In this document: one piece after another, positions 30,110-41,739 of the stretch
Position numbering within the stretch: position 1 is the stretch's first letter
How the letters are laid out: every line of letters starts with the position of its first letter
NCBI GenBank assembly: GCA_001244265.2
Contig: LN717261.1
Coordinates: 3,115,591-3,179,590, forward strand
DNA: 64,000 bases
Direction: 5' to 3'
Source of the DNA: Microbotryum violaceum
Lineage: Eukaryota
The notes under the pieces: generated by a model
What the model saw: only the letters and a program-made list of their open reading frames with translations
Databases searched by the model: none
What the model was told of the DNA's origin: nothing
Position numbers and translations under genes: made by a program

Positions 30110-31100
30110 TGGATACACTCCCCGAGGATCTATCGGACGAGCAGATAGATTATGCCATCGCAGCGGGAATATAAATACTGCAGAAGTATATTGAAAGGCG
30201 TCTGCAGCAACGCCGTCTCCTGGACGAAACGGCCAAACGAAGACGAAATCCGCCCTTGCCTCAGCATATTTCGGTCCGAACCGGCCTTATCTTCGTTATG
30301 GAGCTCTTCAACAACAAGAATCCTGTTCCTAAGAGTAATTCCCTTGGCATGACACCGGCCTGCTTCTCCATCTTCGTGAAAAAAGTGCTTCTTCAAACCG
30401 AGATCGTCCCCTCGAAGCACGTGACCGTCGAGGAGAAACTCGCTATGCTGCTCTACTGGCTGCGGGGCGCCGAGTCTTACCGCAAAATCGTCGAGGTGTT
30501 TCAAAGGTGATTGGATACCATCGCTCGGCTAGTAGTTCCTGCTCTCATGTCCTACTTCATGACAGAACAGGTCCGCAGCTTTCCTCCTGACTCCAAGCCT
30601 GAGCGCTAGTACTCATGCACCTTCCTGTTTGCGTCGCAGTCATTTGCCAGAAACACTTGGATTACTTGTGCACAGCGACCTCAGAAAGCTGTACGTTGTT
30701 CAGCCCACGGCAGACACGCCCACATCGAGCGTTATCACCGACAAACCTCGGTTTGCACGATACTTCGGCAATTGCATCGGCGCCATCGACGGAACGCACG
30801 CGCCCTGTACTCAGCGGCCAACGATGCCAAACGATCGATCGATCGAAAAAGAGACAAGACACAAGACATACTCGCGGCTATGACTTTCGATCTTTGCTTC
30901 TGCTATCTTTAGACCGGCTGCGAAGATTCTGCTCACGATCAGCAAGCGTGGGATTGGGCTCGCGAACGGGACCTTCTCATCCCCGAAGGCAAATACTAGA
31001 GTAGTATCTTGGTGATGCAGGCTTTGCAACCAGCGAGGAGTGCATGACACCGTACAGAAACGTTCGTTACCACCTCAAAGAATGGCTACTGGGTAAAACG
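30110..31100 (+). pseudogene. Harbinger DDE transposase (DDE_Tnp_4), decayed and truncated
   Basis: VTVEEKLAMLLYWL..YRKIVEVFQR (HTH), YFGNCIGAIDGTH, YLGDAG, MTPYRNVRYHLKEW. Confidence 0.88.
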
Positions 31101-31211
31101 GCAAGTCGCTGTTGTAGGACATGGGTTTTGTACCTTGTACACTCGCGATACCAATGGTCCGACCATGGACAAAGGTACGGGAGCGTGCTCCATGAACCAG
31201 AGAGCTTTCAC

Positions 31212-31635
31212 TTAGCCTCGGCTACAGCTCTCTTTGCGCTCAGGGTGTTGCTTCACCATCGCAGCAACAATGATGTTCCAGGCTGGAAGCTTCAGAGAAA
31301 GCTCGGGCGACAGCATGTTGTTGCCATAGAGATGGACCAAAAAGGTGGTCTGCGCAACGGACCAGTTTTCCGCTCGCGTCCCGGCCCCTCGACTTGCTTT
31401 TGCTCTTGCCCTTGCCGTTTTGTTCTTTTTTGCGCAAAGTGTTCGAATGAGCGGAGTGCTCAGAGTCGTTCTTGCTGTCGTCGTCGCTTGCTGAGTGTAA
31501 TAAGGCGGAATTCTTGGCCATGGTAGACAGCGCACGACGTGACGCGACGAAGCTCAACCAATGCGTCCGTGAGCCAATGCTGCAGCCGAGGCGACCTGAG
31601 CGGTCCGAGCGCGTCCCAGCAACCTGCCAGCCCAA
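31212..31635 (-). pseudogene. Harbinger Myb/SANT-like accessory protein fragment
   Basis: ENWSVAQTTFLVHLY..LPAWNIIVAAM tryptophan spacing; convergent with the transposase, as is usual for Harbinger. Confidence 0.65.
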
Positions 31636-32418
31636 GGGGGTCGAAGCTCGGAGTGCGTCCCTAAAAGTGCTAAAAGTGCCCTCGGACCACTTTTAGGGAA
31701 TGGTCCCTAAAAGTGACTTTTAGCGACTTTTAGCGACGCAACCGTACACGCCACCTTTAGGCACTTTTAAGCACTTTTAGGGAGGCTTTCAGAATGGCTG
31801 AGGATTTCCCTAAAAGCGGTCTTAAAAGTGCTTAAAAGTGCAGCCGAACACGCACTAAGCTCAACTAAGCTCAACTAAGCCCTCCCTCTGGGAGGGGCTT
31901 ACGAGTTATCGGCGCGCTTGGCCCAGTTGCCCTCCGAAATTTCAGGGCCATTTTGGGGTGGTTCTCTGTAACTTGGCAAGTAGGCGCATTCATGCAAAAG
32001 TGAGGGATACTATTTTTCTTTGTTCTCTAAAAATGACATGCCCCAAGTGGCAAGAGCTTTCGTAAGCTGTGGGTGGAGCTACAGCGATCCGAAGTCTGCG
32101 ATTTCGGTCGATCGGGGTGGCGGGCTATCCACACGCTCCAGGTTTTTATTGTCCTCGCGCGCGAGTTTTGGATTAATTTCCGCCGCCTAATTCGGCCGCG
32201 CGTTTCGGCCTCCCTATCTCGAGGCGCGTCTGTCAGGTTCGTTGCGACAGCACGTGACCAACGAGCGCGCGGTCCAAGCGCAATGTTTGCTGTTTACTGC
32301 GCTCGCGCTCGTAGATGTTGCGCGCGCGCATGAATAAATAGGGCTATTCAACCCGGTTCTCTCTTTCCTTCCTTCCATGCACTTGCAAGTCCTAAACGAT
32401 CTTCACCACTCCAACACC

Positions 32419-33790
32419 ATGTCGTCAAACCCCCTCTTCGACTCATCGATGTCGTACAAGGTCACGCGCCCTCGTTGCGCCGCCTGGCGCCGAATCGATA
32501 CAAACAACATCGGTTCCCGCCGCCGAATTCCCCGACTGGCTTGCGAGACAACATGCGACCATCAATTGGCAACGCCACAAGATCGCAGGTCCTTCCAATC
32601 AACCGTCAAGTAGGTTCCCATCGCGTTTGCATTCATGACAGTCAAACAGCGCGAAGAGCACGTTGCTCTCGATGCCCATGCTGACTGTTTTGTTGACTGT
32701 CCTTCTACCGCTGCTCCTCTCCACACAGATCCCGGCACTCGTCTCAAGGACAACATCGCAGAGTGTTGTTGGAAAAATACATCTGCAATTGGGCCGGAAG
32801 GCCAAGGGCTGTAGCAGAATCATTGGTCTCGTGCCTGAGTGAAGGTAAGCAACGACCCCCACGGTCCGGCGCGCTGGCCTCGAGATAGTTCCATTGGCTC
32901 ATACCCTTCTGTCTGATGATTCACAGGTCACGTATCACGCGATCGCCACCAAAAAGTACATCGAGTCGTGGCATAAGATCTTGAAGAATCGTTACATTGG
33001 CCGCGGGCAGCGACAGCGGATGGAACAGCTCATCCACACCCTCACAATGGAGGCCGAGCCAGCATAACGCCAAGAGATTAGTCTCATCGTCACCGGCTTT
33101 GTTCGTCGGCGATCGAACAGGGCCGAGACTCAGCGCCAGAACACCGCGCAATCAATTGAGTGGAGGCGAGCGAACGATATGGTCACGGAGATCGACGACG
33201 ACGGTGATGTGAGTTGAACTTAGGATTTTCTCGCGTCTCGGGGTCGAGACTTTGGCTGACTTGACCTCGACGACTTTTTCTTCTTCTTTTTGCCAATCTT
33301 TAAATCTACGTCACGTCTTTCGGAGAGGACGAGCAGGAGGACGAAGACTCGACCTTCATCGAGACAAGCTACATCGTTGGACTCAATCCCACCGACTCGA
33401 GCGTGATCTCGACTTGCGATTGTCCGGATTTCGTTCGCCACATGTTTCTGTGCAAGCACATGTGGCTTGCCGCGCGTGGATCTTTGCACTAGTGACCTGC
33501 TCCTCTCGCATCTCAAGCATCGTCTCATGTGTCTGAAGTTTTGCCCTCGCTGCCGCCGCCGTCATTGTCGCTCGCTCCGCCAGTTCAAGCAATACCCAAC
33601 AACACTGCCGAGCACGAAGATCGCATTCAACTCTACCGACGGCTCGCTGAGGAAGCCGGACGAGTACACGGAAAGCTGCTTCGGACTTTGCAGGAGTTGG
33701 AGGCTGATAAGTGCGACCCTCACGGCTGGCGGACTCTGGGGTGGCCGAGGCTTTCATCGAGGCAGGCAAGTCAGTGACGGAAGGGTATTC
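32419..33790 (+). pseudogene. Mutator/MULE transposase remnant with SWIM zinc finger
   Basis: YIESWHKILKNRY..RQRMEQLIHTL and TCDCPDFVRHMFLCKHMW (CxC-x-CxH) at ~33413-33470; catalytic core deleted. Confidence 0.75.
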
Positions 33791-34341
33791 TAATAGGGGG
33801 CTAAACAGAGGAGAATATGGGGAGACGGGGGCGAGCAGGAGATTTGAGGATGAATTTGTAATGTAGTACATTTGGGCATCCTAGCCCGCCCCCCTATTCC
33901 GAATCGAACCGGCCCAATAGGGCGGTCAAAAGCAGAGCAATTTGGCCAAAAACATTCTGGCTTGGCCGAAATGAAAGTTCGTGTGTGCATATCACGGCTC
34001 GCCTTCAACAGCCGTGCGCGTGCGGGGTATTTCGGCCATTTCCTCCAATAAAATCTCAGAAGTGCACCATTTTCGAGGCTGGGACCCCCCCTATTTTTCG
34101 AAACGAAACCTTCAGCTCTAACGAGCTTCAGGGATATCTCTCCGGTAAGAGCGCTCCCTGACCGCGCTATGGCTAGCAGAGACGGACGTCGGGTCGCGTT
34201 GTTGATGAGCATCAAATGAGCGCACTATAGTTAGTCAGATCTTTTCTCCGTCTCGACGGCCCAGCCATCAACAACGTAACATGACGTCAAGTAGTCCTCA
34301 TTGTCATTCCCCATCCAAGCCGAAAACAACTAAAAAAAAGC

Positions 34342-35179
34342 TCAAACCCTTCTCTGATCGGTCATAACCCTGACGATACACCCCGTTCCCGCGACTTCAA
34401 CGAGCTGTATCGTAAAGAGATCAAACCAGAGCCAAGTCAGTCCCGTATTGCCAACAGGTGCCAACTGTGCCGGTTTCGTACCTTTTCGTGCCAGCCCAAT
34501 ATGACGTTCCCACTGGTCTCGCCCAAGTTCTCCATTGCCTTGTAGAGGTACTTCATCAACGTGACCTGTAGGATTCATAATGAGAAGCAGGAAGCGTGAG
34601 GCAGCTTTTCAAGTCGACGGGCTCGTATCAAGGTACGAAGCTCACCTTCTCGTTCGGGTCGAGGGCTTGGATCAGTTGAGGGATGTCGGTCGAGCGGGTC
34701 GAGTTGAGGATCGAGAGTACGGATTGTAATGCGATGGCCTGAAAGAGTGGAAGAGATTGTACGTCAGCTTTGGAAGAGCGGTGAGCGCGCGTCTGACTGG
34801 GTGAGGCTGTGTGGGGGTGCGGACGTGAGAGCGGGCAAGAGCGCGTTGTAGCACCCATCGAGCACGAGCACGAGCACAAGCACGAGCATCTGCATATGCA
34901 ATACACACCTCCCCAAAACAATGTACCACCCTGCGCCCAACTCACCTTGGCCTGCTCCACCCCTTCCCCGTAAGGCGCCTGGTCCAGCACCTCATGCAAC
35001 GCGGTAACCACGTCCGCGCGTTGCAGATAAGCCCTCGTATTGCTCGCCTTGCTCTGCGTATCGCTGAGGACTTGTTGGACCGGTCGTGGGTCGGGTGTGT
35101 AAAGTTCGTGCTCGAGCACTCGGTCCGGGTCGTATTGGTCCACGTCGAGGCGGCGGAAATTATTGAGGGAGGAACTCAT
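34342..35179 (-). CDS. ARPC5: Arp2/3 complex subunit 5 (p16-Arc), 4 exons
   Basis: Exons 35179-34946, 34738-34646, 34565-34482, 34404-34342 with GT-AG introns; FRRLDVDQYD, LMKYLYKAM, LGWHEK, GCIVRVMTD. Confidence 0.93.
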
Positions 35180-37348
35180 GCTGGGAACGCGGGGGGGTCT
35201 TGCGGGTGGGTTATAGGGTGGGGTGTGTGTGATGTAGTCTGAGGTGGTGGGTTAGAGAGAGAGGAGAGGTGGAGAAGTGAGAAGAGGCGCGCCTGAGAGG
35301 CCAGGAGAGGCCTGGAGCAGCCTGGAGCGGGACCCCCGAAAGCCCAGCCGGAGGCGCTTTTTTTTTTTTTTTTTTTTTTTTGACATTTTGAGGACCCAAA
35401 ATCCTGAACATCGTCGAGGCGCATTGCAAAAAATTGACATTTTGGGACGAAACACACGTTTTGCCCCCGAGGCGCCTTTGCAGATTTTGACATTTTTCCG
35501 TGGGTCGACGCAATTTTGGCCTACCCTGAGCAGCCTTCGGCATGACTTTGGGCCCGTTTGCCTTCGCTTCGAGACGCGTTTCGCGATGCTCGCGCTTGAA
35601 CAAGTCACTTAGTACTAGCCCTCTTCGGTAATCACTTGAGTTAAGTGGCAGTGAGGGATTAGGCCGATTCGATATTGAAGGGGCGCAGGTTCCGTTCCGC
35701 TTCACTTCGGTCCGAGATTGGAGCATAGCACGACAACATCATCCCATGCAGGCCTGCTATTTGAACGATGCCTTCGATTGATTATCGCCGCTCACCAACA
35801 TGAACATGACGATCGCCGAGCTCCTCGCCTTCGATGTCGCTCCCGCCGACGCGTCTCTTCACATCGAGTTGTCCAAAGACGAGCTCACGCACTACTCGAC
35901 CTTATCATCTACTCGAGGCCATTGAGAAGGCAAACAGCTTCTCACGAACAATCGTCTACCAAGCTCAACTATTCAAATTTTGGTCTAAGCTCACGCGTGT
36001 TTGGTTCTACACAGCCCACACACTTGAAACTTCAACTGCGCCTCAAGTTGTCGATGCTCGTGATACCAATTTCTCGCTGAACTGGCCAACCTGATTGCCC
36101 ATCAAGCTGCTCATAAGTGTAGCCACCTCAAGCTGTTCTACTCAAGGGAGGCCGATGGGATCGAGCGACCCAAGTCGCGGAGAGGCAGGCGTAGGGGTTA
36201 GCAATACAGAGGAAGGACGCAGTACAGCACATTCATGCGTCTTGAAAGGGTTGGTACAGTCCATGGGACCATCTCGCTGCGAAGACATGGCGGGCACGAC
36301 GAGGAGCTTGAACGAGATTCAGAAGAACGCCTATATTGAGGATGGCCGCATTCAAGTGAGTTGTTGCTGAATTTAGGAACGAAGGCAACTGGATCTAATG
36401 TTTTGCCGGTCCTATACTTTTAGGAAAAGCTCCCTGAGAGAGACAAGCAGTATGGAGCGCTAGCACAACGCTATCCTCATTTTGGATCGCTTGACGGAGC
36501 TGTAACCGCTGCCACACCATTGGAGATTAGATCTCTGATCTGCTTTGGCCTCAAGTGTGGCATGCATTCACTCAGCTGCGATCAAACTGTTTATGGAGAA
36601 GAAGCGCTGTCTATCGGAATTGGTACGCGCGTTGTTTTGAGTGACAGTTGAGGAAGTTCTCGTTTGACACAAGTATTGTGTCCTACAGTGCGACACATCT
36701 ACAGCAGAGTGACAACAAACCACTGCAACCAAGACACGCTCCGCCTCGTTGGTTCTACTCTCAAATGTCGTCGTACAGGAGCTTCGCCTCATCAAGAAAA
36801 CATGCTATTCCACACACCTCATTGATGGCACTATGCCGTTCCGCATGATTGATGGTCGACAGGTCATCGAGTCATTAGGCCCGCCAAAGATCACATATAG
36901 TTCAACCACGGACCTTACCTCACTTTACCCTGATGAGCGCATAATCAGCACGAGCGCACATGCCGAGCAAAGATTTGCCTCCCTTCGGAGCGTGCCCGGC
37001 CTGCGAGATGCCGCCGGCAGAACCTCTACAAGCCGCAAATGCCACGGCGGATACAAAAAGCTCAAGTTTAGCAAACCGATTCTGACAATGAAGTAGCGAG
37101 CCTGCCAGCCAAGCAAGGAAGGCTTGTCTGATGCCTGGAGCCACGCGCGACTCGGACACTAGCCGAAGCGACGCGCGCCGCAAGCCACTTTCGATTGGCC
37201 GCCGCGCGCCCGCAAACGCTCGGAACGCGTTTTCGAGGACGTTTGAGCGACTTTTGGAACATGTAGAACACATCTTGATAATGTTTCCGAGGAGCATGTG
37301 AAATTTTGACATTTTGGGGCCAAAATAGGGCAAAAAACTTTGACAAAA

Positions 37349-40293
37349 CCAGTGGGAACCCGTTAAATTAACGGGAGGATGAAATCCAAAAAATAGCAGG
37401 ATAATCGAACAGTCTACATGATTTCAGCGCAGAGGTTAAGAAAACACAGTACGAAGTACAGCAAAGAAACAAAATCCGTTCATCACCGAAACAGCCTGGC
37501 CGTTGCTTGTTGCCGGATTTAGTTAAATTTCGGTGCGAGGCGATCTTTGGTCCAGGGAGACGAGTACACAAACTTCAGTCAACGGTCAATAGCAGAGTCA
37601 ATGATTGGTCAATTACACACCTTTGGTCCAGGGAGACGAGAACACGAACTTCAGTCAACGGTCAATAGCAGAGTCAATGATTGGTGAGGAACCAATCAAG
37701 AGGACTCCGCACCGCCGCTGACGCAGTCCGCGCCTCCCTGGCCAAAATGGCTTAAACTACCCAAAAACCCCAAAGACGCTTCTAGCCATTACTGCTCGCG
37801 CAGTCCCTTCCAACAGATTTGGCTTTGAGCGTTCGTGCAATGAGATCCGGACGGTTGTATGCTTCGTCGTTCGGCTCCAGTGCAGCCTTGATTTCCGGCC
37901 ATTCGGTGTTGCACGTCACCGTGATGAACAGCGAAGACTTCCCGTATTTGACGACACACGCCATCGCATCTTGGTAACGCTGCGTGACCTCCCGCGGGCT
38001 ATTCTTGAATGTCGACCCCAATATCACCGAACGTCCAATCTGATCCGGGGTCAAGCCGTTGGCAACGGCGTCGGTGATGCCCTGCGCTGTGGTGAGGCGC
38101 AGGTTCTCTTGATGAAAGCGGATATAGTTAAGTCGATCGGTCTCGACTTGGGAGTATCCGTCAGTGACAAACTCGAGGAGGAGACGCTGGGTGGCATGTG
38201 GGATTGAGAAGTAGTCGCCGCGTTCGTGCAAGTAGTATGCAAGATATTCCTCGTCTCCTTGATGATCGTCCTAGATATTCGAGCATTCTATGTGAGCCTG
38301 TGCTTACGTCTCAACAGAAAGGAACATATGAGAAAGACCCGAAGACGCGTACGTTCACCATCACCATTCTCTTCGTCCCCCGCCGTCTTCATCCTCATCG
38401 TCGCGGTCTTCGTCCTCCTCTTCGCCTTCGTCAGCAAGACCGAGACCGGCAAGTACCTCCCGTGATTGGACCCCATTGTCGATCTGCTCTCGGTTTCTGG
38501 CGATTGGCAGCCCAGCTTAGCGAAACCCGCAAAGAGAAATGTTGGGGTGGAAGCCATCTTCCCCTGCAGGAAATAGTAGTGGGTAACGGAGAGGCATCGC
38601 AGACGGATGGAGCGAGCTAACGACTTGGTACTTGGGCCGACCCTCGGGACATCGATCACCGTGCACCTGGAGAATAAGGTCTTGACGTCCACGATCTCCC
38701 GTGTTGGTGTCGGAATGGCAGATAAGCGTCGCCATTTCCGTGCTCGACGTAGGAAGGTTGTGGGTGCGTCGGTCTCGGCAAGGTGGTAGGCAGAGGCGCA
38801 GGACCCACTCTTTGGCCTAACCTGCGCGAGCTTTGGTTGATGCAAGTTCCCTCACCAAGCGATTGCCGGTACGCAACGTAGAATCGAGCTTGGTCAAAGT
38901 AGATCTTTGTATGCGACTGTCTGCGCCGTCGGGTCCAAGTTGAGTGTCGGTGGCCTCGGCCGGGCATATGAGCCATGTTTTGGCAAAGGTTGGGCGCTGA
39001 TTGACGGCAGGAATCAGGGCGCTGAGAGGCGCCGAGTCGATGGTAAAGGCGTCGAAATATCCGAAACATGCGGGGTCCTTGAGTGCCTAGTCGAGTCTGG
39101 TCAAAGTGGGCAGCGAGCGAAGTGAAGACAGCGCGTTCAAGTTGTTGTACGACCGGGCATTCTCGCGGAATGCTTTAGCTTCTGTGTGGGTGGGTAGAAC
39201 AGTTCAGCATGTGGGTCTACTGCAGACGAACGTTGTTGGACGGAGCAACTGACCGCTATCCGAGCCTTGAAGAAGCTGCCGATACTCGAGATTGGGCTGG
39301 GGAGGGCGAGGTAGCCGCACCTTGCCTTGCGAGCAGCACGCGCTGAAGTGTCTGGTCGACTTGGACCTTTCGCACTCCCAGTGCCGAGCCTTGCAGTGGG
39401 TGCACACGGCCGTCTGGGGGCCGAGGTCGTCGCGGATCGAAACGTGGGCTTGAGGGGTTTCAGCGCGATTCGAGCCCGGCGCACTCGCCTTTGCGGAGGA
39501 GGTGGTGGTGGTGGGGCGAGCTCAGCGTCGGATCGGCCATCGGGCCCTCGCGCTGACCACGCCGTCCGTTCTACAAAGCTGTACGGCGGACGCTTATACG
39601 GGTCGTAATACCAACATCGGTCGAGTGGTTGTCATTGTGCGCGGGGAGCTGATTCTGTTGATCGGAGCGGGACGAAGAGGAGAGTCAAGCAGCCGGCTCA
39701 GCAGCAGGCGCTCGAGCAGGCCCATGGTCTCCCATGGCACGGCGGTACGCTATCCTCGCGCCAGACTCGGCGCGGTTGTCACAAAAATTCGGTGAGTGGG
39801 AGGGAAAGGAAAGAATTAGAGAGAGTATCGCGGGACTATTTACAGCCCCTGGAAGATCCTGTTGTTGTTCAGCCCCTAAAACCGGTGTCGCGTTGTAAAC
39901 AATACACATCACGTGATTGACGGCGCATCCGTAAGCCGCGCCCGCAAAGACAGCGGGACAACCTCTGAGCTCTGTAGAAGAAGTGTCATGCAAACCCACG
40001 CGCTTGCTATGCATTAAATCCCACACAAACTGCTCAATAGTTGCGCACCCTGCCAAAAATCAACAAAAATTTTCCTCGGGCTGTAGCTCGACTTTTATGG
40101 TGCAGAAAATGCGAAAAAGGTCGTACATGACTTCTGGTCGGGACGCCAATAATACAGGCAGGTGCGGCAGACACAATACTGTAGTGGTACATTCATTATA
40201 GGCGGCCCAGAGGGCCGCAACACAGTCAAAAACAGCGATTTTAGGTACATGGGTCGCGGATCGACCTTTTTTTATATAAAGAGGTAGTAAGGA
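37349..40293 (-). mobile_element. Non-autonomous Helitron family B, copy 1
   Basis: 3' hairpin CCCGTTAATTTAACGGG then TTCCCACTGG|T; RepHel N-terminus (CTHCKARHWECE..CCSQGKV, YPLLFPAGEDG, YQDAMA..FITVTCNTEWPEI..RPDLIAR); no helicase. The 5' boundary overlaps the adjacent MULE TIR by a few bases. Confidence 0.85.
37521..37815. mobile_element. Solo LTR inserted in Helitron B copy 1
   Basis: Absent from the other two copies; 5-bp TSD GATTT; termini AGTT..AACA (degenerate TGTT..AACA); contains a ~64-bp direct repeat. Confidence 0.7.
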
Positions 40294-41718
40294 CAAAAAT
40301 GCCCTCGAAAGATAGCGAAAGGACGAAAATGCCCTCGCTTCTTTTCATGAGGACAGAAATGCCCTTCTCTAAAGGACCAAAATGCCCTCGGATTCTCGAC
40401 TTCTGTAATACTTGATATATCAGCTCATAACCAAGAGGGTAGCTTCTTGTAGTCGTTGTGATCAGCGCCGTATACTCAGAATCCCCAGAGATGCTGTGAG
40501 AATTCATATATCATGGTCGCAAAGTCAGGGCCCTATCGCGACTGAAGCGAGTCCAAGTCGAAAGCGAGCGATGAGTATAGACCGAGTGAATTCCATATGA
40601 AAAAGGCCAGCAGTAGTAGCATTGACAGTCTTGACGCCTTATGCTCAGATTCAAATGGTCTATCTATCTATCGCATGTAACTCGGTTGTGTCCGGGGCCT
40701 TTGCAGAGACCACAGATCGTGTCGCGCTTGGACCTCTCGTCCGCACCCCGGAACCTGCGTTTGATCGGACGTCGTATATGCTTGGAGAGATGTGACGGAA
40801 TGATAATGATACCCTCTTCTTCGCCATGACCTCATGACGCTCACGAGGAAGACGATGCAGCTTCCATTCGGCCCGAGATGGAACAGGTTAAAGCGGTGTC
40901 GCGTAAGTCTGCTCTTGCTGTCGCCGGTGTGCAGCAGTGATCGGTAACTGTGGGCTTCATTAAAGACAATGATGGTCCAAACGCTGCATTCTCCTTTGGA
41001 GATAGCAGTGGCAGAGAAGGAGCACGGAGGATCTTGGACACTCTTGCTCACGACGCGTGTCAGACTTGCGAATGTCGAGCTGAAACTGGTGATCAAGCGC
41101 ATATTGATGGCCCGCATCTGTGAGCTCCTTCTTTTCATAGAGACTTTCCCCCTCACTGAAAACATGTTCCATTGTCGAAAGTCGGTGGTGACTGTTAGAA
41201 GTGGGGTCTGAGAGCCTAACTCATTGCTATTAGTCTTGGTTAATACTTTATTCTGCGCGCACGCCTATCTTTGTCTTTGCGTCTTTTTTCCTTCTGGGTT
41301 CCTTCTCCACGCTATTCTCATCATCTCACTCGTGTATCTTGGAGCTGAGTCGTGGAGTACCTCTTAGTCCTTGTTGCAACAGTGACTTCGATGTCGAGGC
41401 GAGAATGCGGAAGGTGGCCAACGTCGCTTCGCGAACTCGCGCACCTCGACGCGTCGACGATCGATGAGGACCCCTGACTTTGCGACCATGATATATGAAT
41501 TCTCACAGCATCTCTGGGGATTCTGAGTATACGGCGCTGATCACAACGACTACAAGAAGCTACCCTCTTGGTTATGAGCTGATATATCAAGTATTACAGA
41601 AGTCGAGAATCCGAGGGCATTTTGGTCCTTTAGAGAAGGGCATTTCTGTCCTCATGAAAAGAAGCGAGGGCATTTTCGTCCTTTCGCTATCTTTCGAGGG
41701 CATTTTTGTCCTTTTCTC
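40289..41718 (-). mobile_element. Non-autonomous Mutator/MULE element with 242-bp TIRs
   Basis: 40289-40530 is the reverse complement of 41472-41713 with no difference seen by eye; right terminus reads GAGAAAAGGAC; internal MuDR DNA-binding domain (YALDHQFQLDIRKSD..C..CSFSATA..WTIIVFNEAH) at ~40940-41172. Confidence 0.85.
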
Positions 41719-41739
41719 TTTTTTTTATAAAGAGGTATA

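Larger units (their letters stand above)
17653..31855 (+). mobile_element. PIF/Harbinger transposon (about 2 kb once the nested KDZ element is removed)
   Basis: TIRs GGGCGTGTTCGGCTG (17653) and CAGCCGAACACGCAC (31841-31855), 14/15 match; TAA TSD on both sides; CACTTTTAG/CTAAAAGTG subterminal repeats at both ends; transposase and Myb-like ORF inside. Confidence 0.9.

Noticed and set aside
31876-34180. TIR pair delimiting the SWIM-MULE remnant
   Set aside because: Only patchy similarity between the ends and no TSD found.
35358-35381. Poly-T as a retroposon tail
   Set aside because: Lies inside the terminal region of the TIR element, where other ends have short T runs; likely homopolymer expansion.
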